64,000 nucleotides of DNA, taken from NCBI GenBank assembly GCA_963663965.2, contig CAXXFK010000028.1:128001-192000 (forward strand), read 5' to 3'. The position numbers and the translations under genes are program-made. Positions 45,043-54,309 of the stretch are shown piece after piece. The notes beneath the pieces are model-generated. The model was not told the origin of the DNA and made no database searches. It saw only the letters and a program-made list of their open reading frames with translations. Numbering within the stretch: the first letter of the stretch is position 1; the number at the start of each line of letters is the position of its first letter. This DNA comes from Sedimentisphaerales bacterium (GTDB taxonomy: Bacteria > Planctomycetota > Phycisphaerae > Sedimentisphaerales > SM23-30).

Positions 45043-46442
45043 CGTACCGTACATTTATTCATACATAGTTAAATCTTTGCTCATTAACATGTTAATACTC
45101 AGAAGTTGGGCCGAAAAAAACTTAACTATACCGAACTTGTTTTAAATGATTTGCCCATAGTAATTCAAATCGATTCATTTACTGTAAAGATTGGTTTGCT
45201 CCGAAGACACTACCTGTGTCTTATTCCAATGTTGAATCCACCCTGCTGCTCTTATGCAGCCAACCTGTGATAAGACTTCAACAGCCCACCCAAACGCTCA
45301 ATGCAAACAATCTCAGAGGTCTTATCAGTCTCATGTTTGGGCGCAATGATTCGACCTAACGATTGATGAATTCTTTCGTGATGATAATATTTTTGGAATT
45401 CGCTAAGAACATAATCAAGCTGTTTAACCGATGACAGTATCAGGTAATTCAAACACTCATATTTGACTGTTTTCACGAATCTTTCCGCGATGGCATTCAA
45501 GTCTGGGCTTTTTGCTGGAAGCTGGATCGGTTCGATGCCAGAGCTTCTCAGCATTTCATGAAAACCTTCTGATCGATACAATGGATCACGATCATGGATG
45601 AGATAGCGTTTCCCTTTTAGAAAACCATCCTCGCAGTCAGTAAGGATTCGTGCAACCTGTTTCATATACTGACCATCAGGCTGAAGTTGAATAGGAGCGA
45701 AGAATACTCTTCTGCTGGAAAATTCAATGGCAAAGAAGACCGTGCAACGAATCAGTTTACGCCCGACCAGAAGCTCAATGGTGAAAAAGTCGCATGCGGC
45801 CATGACCTCCCAATGGCTTTTTAAGAATTCATGCCAGGTTGATCTAACGATCAGATCAGGTTCCGGATCATAGCCGTTTTCAATGAGAATATTTTTGACC
45901 GATGATTTGCTAATCTCAAAACCAAGATACTCCATTTGATCTTTGATTTTCTCATAACCCCATCGAGGATTTTCCTTCTTGAATCTGATGACCAGATTGA
46001 CTATTTCAGTTGTTATCGGTGGTCTGCCTACTTTGCCCCGTTTGGAAGAACCATCGTACTTTTCAGCGATGAGTTTGTTAAACCACCGAATCACCGTGTC
46101 TGCTGTAAACAACTCGGTGCATTGCTCAAGCACTTTCCGGCTGAGCCGTTTCGCTTTAGCAGCAATTCGCATTCGTTGAGTATTCGTCAAAATAATTCGC
46201 TTGTTCTGCTTTTCCTGGAGCTCAATCAGAACTCGAACCTGTTCTCGAAGATAGTCTATTGCTTGGTAAAGCTCCTTGTCTATACAATACGCTACGCAGG
46301 TAATCATTGTGAGCCAAAGATTGTTTTTCATCGTAGCCAGATGCTAACAAATCGATAGTAATTCTGCAATAACGTTCATACGAACGCATTTTATGTCCAT
46401 GTTTTAAAAGAGGTTATGGAAAGTAAATTTATGTACCCCACG
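45043..46442 (-). mobile_element. Integrase-core (rve, IS481-like) insertion sequence
   Basis: Ends CGTACCGTACAT / CGTGGGGTACAT (inverted) enclose the transposase; no target duplication seen. Confidence 0.75.
45252..46331 (-). CDS. DDE transposase, integrase core domain
   Basis: ENPRWGY HTH; ACDFFT, LIHDRD, NAIAERFVKTVKYECL, HHERIHQSL, LGGLLKSY. Confidence 0.92.
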   Translation of the reverse strand: MKNNLWLTMITCVAYCIDKELYQAIDYLREQVRVLIELQEKQNKRIILTNTQRMRIAAKAKRLSRKVLEQCTELFTADTVIRWFNKLIAEKYDGSSKRGKVGRPPITTEIVNLVIRFKKENPRWGYEKIKDQMEYLGFEISKSSVKNILIENGYDPEPDLIVRSTWHEFLKSHWEVMAACDFFTIELLVGRKLIRCTVFFAIEFSSRRVFFAPIQLQPDGQYMKQVARILTDCEDGFLKGKRYLIHDRDPLYRSEGFHEMLRSSGIEPIQLPAKSPDLNAIAERFVKTVKYECLNYLILSSVKQLDYVLSEFQKYYHHERIHQSLGRIIAPKHETDKTSEIVCIERLGGLLKSYHRLAA

Positions 46443-46646
46443 GGTAAAATCTCTGGCATAGGTGTGTTCCCTTTTTTAAGGAAAAATGATTCGCAAAACA
46501 TTTTATAACACACCTATTTTACGGTTTTGACCCAAAATAGCACGCTATAACTCCGACTCTTTTACATAATCTTTTGAAATCTATAGGGTTAAAGCTACGG
46601 ACAGGCTCTAGGTAACTTTAACAGACCAATTAGCCTTTCTTCAACA

Positions 46647-46727
46647 TGGTCGATTTTAAACTGCCCCCTCGTGGTCGATTTTAACCGCCCCTTGACACCC
46701 CGCCGCACTTTTGCTCCGGCGTTTACA
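46647..46727. mobile_element. Orphan IS21-like terminal sequences
   Basis: Two TGGTCGATTTTAA..GCCCC repeats ending in TTGACA (46697), then a second end-like ..CCGGCGTTTACA (46727); no istAB genes. Confidence 0.55.
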
Positions 46728-46874
46728 ACCTGACCCAGTCCGAGAAAGAAAAGGGCAGACATAGAACTGTAGAAGCCTCTTGCCTAAGGTCATGCTGATA
46801 GCAAAATATATGGATGGTATCAAGCAATTACCGTATGATCAAATTGCCACCCACAATTTTTAAAAATAGCTCGT

Positions 46875-47057
46875 TTATGCCCCTGAACAGTCTTTGGAAA
46901 CATCCTTTTGATCATTAGATGTCTGATTTTTGTACACATTCACTACTGTGTCAACATGTTCTGCTTCAGTGCTACACTTAGGATAACCACAAACGCAGGA
47001 ATCGCATTGAAGTGAATTTTCCAGATTTTCATGTGATTTTATCTTTTTAATAATCAT
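46875..47057 (-). CDS. Cys-rich small peptide, candidate RiPP precursor
   Basis: 60 aa; GAGGT RBS; Lys-rich leader then CDSCVCGYPKC; divergent from a radical SAM cluster. Confidence 0.7.
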   Translation of the reverse strand: MIIKKIKSHENLENSLQCDSCVCGYPKCSTEAEHVDTVVNVYKNQTSNDQKDVSKDCSGA

Positions 47058-47589
47058 ATCTTACCTCTGTGATATTAAGTGTTTATATTTGAGTCTGCCC
47101 AGACAGCAAATTCATATAATTCAACGGTATAGTCTATAAAGGGTATTTCAATTAATAAAAATCAACTTGATAAGTCCAAAACATCTAGGTGATATAAGTT
47201 TATTTTAAATTGTTTTGATGGTATGAATTTTTAAGCGCCTTAACTTATTATCTACTAATAACACATATACCCAAAAGAAAATCAAAAAATACACAAAAAA
47301 ATCAAATAATTATTATGAAGATACTCTAGCAATTCTTATAATTAGATTGTTATCTGATCAATGTCAAGTAATATTTTTACAAAAGTGTCAACATTCTACG
47401 TTCACGTTGAGTAATAATAAACTTGTTATAAAACCATAGAATTGGTAAAAAATTGTATATTTATAGCCGTGAAAAACAATAGATAATAGTTATAAGAAAA
47501 TTAGACTATCGATAGTCTATATTACAACTTAAATAGATGTAGGGCATATCCCAAGAGTGCAAATATAGCGATTAAGCAATTTACAGAAG

Positions 47590-48744
47590 ATGAAAAAGAA
47601 AATTTTTATGAAAACGGTAGGCTGTAACAGAAGGGAGGCAGATAGTCAACGATTAAAGAACTACTTCATTGCAAACAATTGCCAACTTGTTACAAGGGAA
47701 GAGAGGGCAGATGTCATTGTGCTTATAGCATGCGCCTTTACAAAAGCTTTTGAAGATCAGTGTTTCAACCTGATTGAAGAATATCAGAGGCTCAATGCTG
47801 AATTAATTGTGGCAGGTTGTCTTCCAGCAATTGCGCGGGAAAGACTCAATAGAATTTTTTTAGGAAAATCGTTATCGACAAAGAAACTATACTTAATCGA
47901 CAGGCTCTTTCCAGAATTTTCAATAGAATTCCAGAGTATACCAGATCTTGCCGTCCCGTTTACTTTTAGGCACAAGGCATCAATTAGGCTACCCATCTGG
48001 TTAGCTAGTAGGCTGAATAAAAAATGGCACGCCAATAGTATAGTAAATTTCAGAATCAGCAGTGGTTGCCTCGGAAATTGCGCGTATTGTGGCATTCGAG
48101 AGGCCATCGGACCACTCCGGAGCAAACCTCTAAAAAAATGCATGCAAGAACTCGATTTTTTGTTGAAACTAGGATATCGAAGAATTTACCTCATTGGTGA
48201 TGACGTTGGGGCTTATGGGCAAGATATAAATACAGACTTGAATGATTTCTTTCAAGAATGCCGAAGGAATGCCATTAGATATGGTATAACTTGGGAGGGC
48301 ATAAGCGATATGCATCCGCAATGGTACATTAAATATGAAGGCATACTTATGGAAGAAATTCGGAGCGGTCGCATAAAAAGCATGGTATGTGCTATCCAAT
48401 CGGGGAGCGCCCGAATACTAGAAAAAATGAACAGACCTGGTAATATAAAAGAAATCGAGAGAATTTTATCTCGATTCAGAAACGAAAATAAAAAATTAAA
48501 GATAAGTGGGCATGTTATTATTGGATTTCCGGGAGAAACAAAGGACGATTTTATGGAAACGTTTTATTTCTTGAAGCGCATTCGCTTTGACCATGTGGCG
48601 ATAATTCCGTATTCTGACAGAGATGGTAGCTTATGTCGAAATTGGGAAGAAAAAATACTTGCGTCAACTATTCAAAAAAGGATCCAATTTGTTGAAAAGA
48701 ACTTGGCTCAGGAGAACCTCAAGTTCGAAATCTTGCCAAACTAA
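47590..48744 (+). CDS. Methylthiotransferase-like (MiaB/RimO family) radical SAM enzyme lacking a TRAM domain
   Basis: UPF0004 domain with three Cys (VGC, IAC, AGC); GCLGNCAYC; IQSGS; IIGFPGET; ends right after the rSAM domain. Confidence 0.85.
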   Translation: MKKKIFMKTVGCNRREADSQRLKNYFIANNCQLVTREERADVIVLIACAFTKAFEDQCFNLIEEYQRLNAELIVAGCLPAIARERLNRIFLGKSLSTKKLYLIDRLFPEFSIEFQSIPDLAVPFTFRHKASIRLPIWLASRLNKKWHANSIVNFRISSGCLGNCAYCGIREAIGPLRSKPLKKCMQELDFLLKLGYRRIYLIGDDVGAYGQDINTDLNDFFQECRRNAIRYGITWEGISDMHPQWYIKYEGILMEEIRSGRIKSMVCAIQSGSARILEKMNRPGNIKEIERILSRFRNENKKLKISGHVIIGFPGETKDDFMETFYFLKRIRFDHVAIIPYSDRDGSLCRNWEEKILASTIQKRIQFVEKNLAQENLKFEILPN

Positions 48745-49492
48745 GCCAAGAGATAGCAAGGGTTTCGTCGATAATTAGGCAGCCCTATTATGTCGCATTC
48801 TGACTTTTTACGATACCTTGACCGCCTTTAAGAATATAGACGAGTATAATATACCATTCTTATTTTATTATAAAGATGGCAAATGACAGGTTGTATTCAA
48901 CCTGTTCTAATGAAAATATATACAATTAAATTAGATTCGCTAACGGTTTTTAATAACCCACAAATGAATAATAATCTCTTTAGTATGAAATCAAAAAACA
49001 GCAGGTTATATAAGCGCTCAATCTTGACATTTTGTTTGACATATTAATGCAAAGCAGTGTATGTCTATTAACAGTTGCATTAAATTTTCGTTTTTCTGAG
49101 CAGGATTAGTTCTTGAGAAGGATTTTTGCTTTAGCTGAGTTTTATTTGGTAGCGATAACAAATCCGAATTAGGAAATCACGAAATCTGAAAAGAAGAATA
49201 TGATTGATAAAAAAGAAGCTTATTCTGTAGGCGAATAAAAAGCCCTAAAATAATAAGAAGTCATCCTAAAATCCCTGATTTTAGTGTTATTCGCACTGAA
49301 AACGCAGTTAGGTATAGGTATTGGGATAGATTTTAGAAAGATTTAAGAAACACAAAAGGTATGTTTTTTCGGAAAGCAGTGGCCTTATGCTTTACAAGGT
49401 ATATTGACATATGTTTAAAATGAATAATATAGCATAAATAATGCAATTCTTCTAAATATAAACCACGGAGTCATAACTGGAGATAAAATACT

Positions 49493-50800
49493 ATGCTTTC
49501 GAAATATGCTAAACAGATTGAAATATGTAAAGGTGTATTTGCTATATTTAATTCCCTGATTTGTGAACCAGTTTATGTTAATGAAGAGGAACTTCAATTG
49601 GTTTTGAGTGGAGATACATCATCATTTCAAAAATCAGAAATTCAAAAACTATATGAATTAGGAATATATGCAAAAGACTCTGAGATTGATAAATTAGCTC
49701 TTAATACTTTACAAAAAATTTACCAGAAGACAACACAGAATATTGCTTTGATGTATATAATGCCAACGACTGCATGTAATCTTGCATGTAAATATTGTTT
49801 CATTGGGGCGCTTGACGATCAATCAAATTTTGTCAATATTAAATGGGAAACTATTAAAATCGCAGTTAATAAATTCTTCGACCACTTGAAAGATCATAAA
49901 ATTGAAGAGGGGAAAATCATGTTTTATGGTGGTGAGCCAACTATTGCTTGGGATTTGATTATTCAAACAGCTCAATATATACAGGATTGTGGTTTAAATA
50001 TAAAGATTGCCATGGTTACAAATGGTACACTGTTGACTGAAAAAGAAGTGCTCCAGATAAAAAAATATGGTATAAATTTCGGTATTTCCGTTGATGGTCC
50101 AAAAGATGTTACCGATTCTAACCGCGTTTTTAAAGGAAGCGCTAAAAGTGTTTACGATAAAGTGATGGAAACAGTTAGTCTTTTAATTAAATATGACTTA
50201 CCTGTATCATTGTCTGTTACCATATCACACCATGTATTAAAATATCAGGAAGAAATAATCCAATGGTTGATCACCACAAATGCGTCTGTTTGGTTCAATC
50301 TATTGCACTTTACTGAGGAAATTGACAGTTGGGAAAATTATTACAATCAAGCATCAATATTTTTGCTAATTGCACATGAAGCTTTCGCTAAACATGGAAA
50401 AAATGAAGGGCGAATAGATCGTAAGATTGATTCTTTTCACAATAGAAAGTTTAAGTTTGCAGACTGTGCAGCAATTGGCGGTAATCAGATCACGATTTGT
50501 CCAAATGGCGATATGTGTATTTGTCACGGATATTGGAATTCAAACCACTACAAATGTGGCAATATACATACATCCGATTTTAAAGATGTTTTTAAAACCA
50601 ACGAATATATACATTGGCTGGAAAATGCAACAATTAATAAAGAAGATTGTTTAAATTGTGAAGCAATATTTATTTGTGGTGGCGGCTGCGCAATGCAGGC
50701 TGAAGCCTTATTTGGTGAACGTCAGAAGATTGACCGAAGTTTTTGTATCCACACAAAATCTGCATTGAAATGGCTATTACTTAATCATTATAAAAGCTGA
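49493..50800 (+). CDS. Radical SAM/SPASM peptide maturase with RRE-like N-terminus
   Basis: CNLACKYC; FYGGEP; ISVDGP; SPASM C..ICH..CLNC...ICGGGC...FC; ~70-aa N-terminal segment ending KLYELGI. Confidence 0.9.
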   Translation: MLSKYAKQIEICKGVFAIFNSLICEPVYVNEEELQLVLSGDTSSFQKSEIQKLYELGIYAKDSEIDKLALNTLQKIYQKTTQNIALMYIMPTTACNLACKYCFIGALDDQSNFVNIKWETIKIAVNKFFDHLKDHKIEEGKIMFYGGEPTIAWDLIIQTAQYIQDCGLNIKIAMVTNGTLLTEKEVLQIKKYGINFGISVDGPKDVTDSNRVFKGSAKSVYDKVMETVSLLIKYDLPVSLSVTISHHVLKYQEEIIQWLITTNASVWFNLLHFTEEIDSWENYYNQASIFLLIAHEAFAKHGKNEGRIDRKIDSFHNRKFKFADCAAIGGNQITICPNGDMCICHGYWNSNHYKCGNIHTSDFKDVFKTNEYIHWLENATINKEDCLNCEAIFICGGGCAMQAEALFGERQKIDRSFCIHTKSALKWLLLNHYKS

Positions 50801-50835
50801 CAACATTTTATTGGTCACTATTACGATAAATTAAT

Positions 50836-52095
50836 ATGAAGATTAAAACTATAATCATAGTTGCCATTAACTGTCCGGGGTATTACTCTCTTGCAGTCCA
50901 TTATTTAAAGCTATATTCAGACTCCGATCGCTATCTAAGAAAAAGATGCAAAATTCTTACAGCAGAATACAATACTAATACGGATAATAATTTCATTATA
51001 AATGAACTTACCAAGCTAAAACCTGATTTGGTCGCTTTTTCATGTAATATTTGGAATATTCAAAAAATTATTCCCATCTCAAAGATAATGAAAGAGTCGT
51101 TTCATAACTTAAAAATCATCTTTGGTGGACAGGAAGTTTCAAATTCATCCATCGATTACCTTGCACTTCATTCATTTATCGACATTGTAGTTGAGGGAGA
51201 AGGCGAAAAAACGTTCAAAGAAATAGTTTATTCAATGATCGAGGATAATTATGATTCTTTAAATACAATTAGTGGGACACACTACAGACATCAGGATGAA
51301 CTATTTTATAATCCGAAATCAAATAATTTAGTTGATCTTAACCTATTGCCTTCTCCATATCTAGAGGGAAGGATAATTAATCCTGATAATAGACACTTGG
51401 GAGTAATGATTGAACATGTTAGAGGGTGCCCTAATCAATGTGCATTCTGTTTTGAGTCAAAACGATATCAAAAACCAAGAGCATTCCCATTAGAACGAGT
51501 AAGCGAGGAACTGTCGTGGGCTAGATCAAGGGGATATAAAAATTATCATATCATGGATCCCACACTTTGCTTGAACAATACTAAAAAGATGTGGGAACTG
51601 AATAATATAATAAAAGAAGTATTTTTTAACTATGATTATATGATGTCTGTTGAAATTTACGCCGAAGGTATAACAGAGAAAAATTACCATTATCTTGACT
51701 GTTATAGTCATTTTGACATTGGGCTACAGACAATAACATCACAAACCAATAATAATATAAATCGTAGGTTAAATCTAGACAAGTTTATCGAAGGATTTAA
51801 TCTGGTACGAAAACTAAAAAAACAAACAAATATCTTTCTTATTTATGGATTTCCGGGCGATAATCATGATAGATTTTTAAAAGGAGTTTATTTTGTTGAA
51901 TCTTTAAAACCTTCAATTATTACCCTGAATAAATTATTAGTATTAAATGGAACACCCTTGCGGCATCATGCTGCTCAGTTTGATTTGCTATTTGAAACCA
52001 AACCTCCATATGAAGTTATTTCAAATTGTACTTATTCTGCTAGTGATATCAAAAAATCAGAATCCTTTGCTTATAAGTATTTAAAAGCAAGGTAA
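50836..52095 (+). CDS. Cobalamin-binding radical SAM enzyme (class B methyltransferase-like)
   Basis: PDLVAFSCNIWN..IIFGGQEVS..GEGE B12 domain; RGCPNQCAFC; IGLQT; LIYGFPGD. Confidence 0.9.
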   Translation: MKIKTIIIVAINCPGYYSLAVHYLKLYSDSDRYLRKRCKILTAEYNTNTDNNFIINELTKLKPDLVAFSCNIWNIQKIIPISKIMKESFHNLKIIFGGQEVSNSSIDYLALHSFIDIVVEGEGEKTFKEIVYSMIEDNYDSLNTISGTHYRHQDELFYNPKSNNLVDLNLLPSPYLEGRIINPDNRHLGVMIEHVRGCPNQCAFCFESKRYQKPRAFPLERVSEELSWARSRGYKNYHIMDPTLCLNNTKKMWELNNIIKEVFFNYDYMMSVEIYAEGITEKNYHYLDCYSHFDIGLQTITSQTNNNINRRLNLDKFIEGFNLVRKLKKQTNIFLIYGFPGDNHDRFLKGVYFVESLKPSIITLNKLLVLNGTPLRHHAAQFDLLFETKPPYEVISNCTYSASDIKKSESFAYKYLKAR

Positions 52096-52118
52096 AACTT
52101 TAATTATATGGTAACTAT

Positions 52119-53213
52119 ATGTTTTCCACATTAGATATTGAGGCGTTTGATATAAACTCTTTCCCATTTACACGAGGGCCAATATTCCTAGAAATACACC
52201 CGACTAATATATGCAATTCAGTTTGTGTATTCTGCAACCAACGTCATTTTAGAACTCAACACAACCAAATTGATTACGCATTTTTAATATCACTTTTAGA
52301 TGAACTCACAGACAAAGGTCTAAGGGTTCTAAGAATATCAGGAGGTGGAGAACCTACTATTTATCCACATATTTTAGATTTATTGGATTATATTCGACAA
52401 AAAAAAATTATTTTGTCTATGTTTAATACTAATGGTATTCTACTAAACAAAGAGTTAATAGTCGAGCTAACCAGAGTACCAACAAAAACCTTGTATCTTT
52501 CATTACAAGCACCTAATTCTCAAAGTTGGAATAAAATCACGGGCCAACCTTCGTATATTTATGATAGAATCATAAATAGTATACAGATGAATGTTGAATT
52601 TTTCAAAGAAACAAGCTTATTGGTTAGCTATGTATTACATGAGGATACTTACGAGGATCTCGAAAGCGGTATATTGCTTTGCAAAAAAAACAATTGGGAT
52701 GTAAATATCGTAGATTTAAATAATTATTCTTATAGCTCAGCCTTTCTTAGTAATATAGATAAGGTAGTAGAAAAATTAAAGACACTGAAGCAACTATACA
52801 ATAAAATATTTTACGGATTTGAAAATATACCAGAATTATTACCTATCTCAGATTGTGGTCCCCAGCAAAGCTGTATTCGCCAGACAAACACATTATCTGA
52901 TCAACAGATTTGTCTTGCACCTTGGTTTTCATCGTTAATAAGGCCTAATGGCGAAGTTTTCACCTGCTGTGCTTTGGGTGGAAAGAATAATTGTATTGGA
53001 AATATATACAATACTGATTTTACATATGTATGGAATTCTCAAAAATCTAAAGCCATAAAATTAGAAGCTATATCTCTTTTCTTCAATCAATCCAAAGATT
53101 ACTATCACGAATACATGTATTTATCAAATCAATGTTTGAGTTGTTGCCCAGTCCAGATAGGTTGTTTTTCGAATCCAGAAATAGTATCGCTTATAAGAGA
53201 GAAGATTAGATGA
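52119..53213 (+). CDS. Radical SAM enzyme with SPASM/twitch domain
   Basis: TNICNSVCVFC; SGGGEP; CLAPW..IRPNGEVFTCC..IGNI..W..CLSCC. Confidence 0.9.
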   Translation: MFSTLDIEAFDINSFPFTRGPIFLEIHPTNICNSVCVFCNQRHFRTQHNQIDYAFLISLLDELTDKGLRVLRISGGGEPTIYPHILDLLDYIRQKKIILSMFNTNGILLNKELIVELTRVPTKTLYLSLQAPNSQSWNKITGQPSYIYDRIINSIQMNVEFFKETSLLVSYVLHEDTYEDLESGILLCKKNNWDVNIVDLNNYSYSSAFLSNIDKVVEKLKTLKQLYNKIFYGFENIPELLPISDCGPQQSCIRQTNTLSDQQICLAPWFSSLIRPNGEVFTCCALGGKNNCIGNIYNTDFTYVWNSQKSKAIKLEAISLFFNQSKDYYHEYMYLSNQCLSCCPVQIGCFSNPEIVSLIREKIR

Positions 53214-53458
53214 CGAAAATCTTTTTGTACATTTACATTTATGATTATTCTTCCCTCGAAAGCTTCTGAATTAGACCAAGATCACAATACAAATTCTGAT
53301 AAAAAATATGCTTTATCCACTGCCTGAAATATCGAACAGTGACAACTATAAATAAGCCTATGAATGAACTTCTGATCAGAACAGAATTTCACTAGCTTTA
53401 TAGCCACCCCTGATCTCTTTTAACTTTTAGAAAATTTTCCCAAGAGCCTATCTTATCC

Positions 53459-53963
53459 CGTACCGTACATTTATTCATACATAGTTAAATCTTTGCTCAT
53501 TAACCAGTTAATACTTAGAAGTTGGGCCGAAAAAAAACTTAACTATACCGAACTTGTTTTAAACGATTGGCCCATAGTAATTCAAATAGATTCATTTACT
53601 GTAAAGATTGGTTTGCTCCGAAGACACGACACGTGTCTTATTCAAATGTGGAATCCACCCTGCTATTCTTATGCAGCCAACCGGTGATAAGACTTCAACA
53701 ACCCACCCAAACGCTCAATGCAAACAATCTCAGAGGTCTCATCAGTCTCATGCTTGGGCGCAATGATTCGACCTAACGATTGATGAATTCTTTCGTGATG
53801 ATATTATTTTTGGAATTCGCTAAGAACATAATCAAGCGGTTTAACCGATGACAGTATCAGGTAATTCAAACACTCATATTTGACTGTTTTCACGAATCTC
53901 TCCGCGATGGAATTCAAGTCTGGACTTTTTGCAGGAAGCTTTATTGGTTCTATTCCTGAACTT
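53459..53963 (-). mobile_element. Partial second copy of the IS481-like element (3' end of transposase plus terminus)
   Basis: Near-identical direct repeat of 45043-~45543; a TAT>TAA stop near 53802 breaks the transposase remnant. Confidence 0.9.
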
Positions 53964-54080
53964 TTGCTTTTTTAATAATCTACTAATTTCAGTTTTTATT
54001 CAGATCCTGCCCAGATCAGGCATCAGCCCCCTCTTTCCTTTGAAATGTTCTCTATCACCCTTTTTAAATTATCCTGAAAA

Positions 54081-54288
54081 TTAACGGGTATTGAGCCAAT
54101 GATTGACCAATATAAGCAAGTCATTGCTGTCAACGATCAAATCGCTCGTTAAGTCTGCCCGTTCGCACAAGCCGCAGTCGGACATCAGCCAGTGATTGGC
54201 AAATTGGGCGAAATCAATCAGATCAACCTGGCCATCGAGCTGCAAATCGCCGGGCAGAGGCAGCATGGTAAGATAGGCTTCAGCAAAA
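54081..54288 (-). pseudogene. 3' remnant of a secreted protein ending in a planctomycete dockerin-like module
   Basis: PGDLQLDGQVDLIDFAQFANHWL..C..ADLTSD..VDSNDL...HWL; 5' part lost at the IS256 end. Confidence 0.75.
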
Positions 54289-54309
54289 GGTAGCGTCAAG
54301 AATCTTTCG

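Noticed and set aside
44873..45145. 90-aa ORF as a complete protein
   Set aside because: Chimera of a transposase N-terminus and read-through into the next IS end.
48757..48820. Short inverted repeat CAAGGGTTTCGT...ACGATACCTTG as a mini-IS scar
   Set aside because: Too short and imperfect to support without a database match.
48883..49047. 54-aa ORF between rSAM genes as a second precursor
   Set aside because: No clear RBS and no leader/core pattern; consistent with chance in AT-rich DNA.
54291..54309. TAGCGTCAAG as the group II intron 5' end
   Set aside because: These bases belong to the IS256 TIR, which is restored only if the intron begins at 54310.
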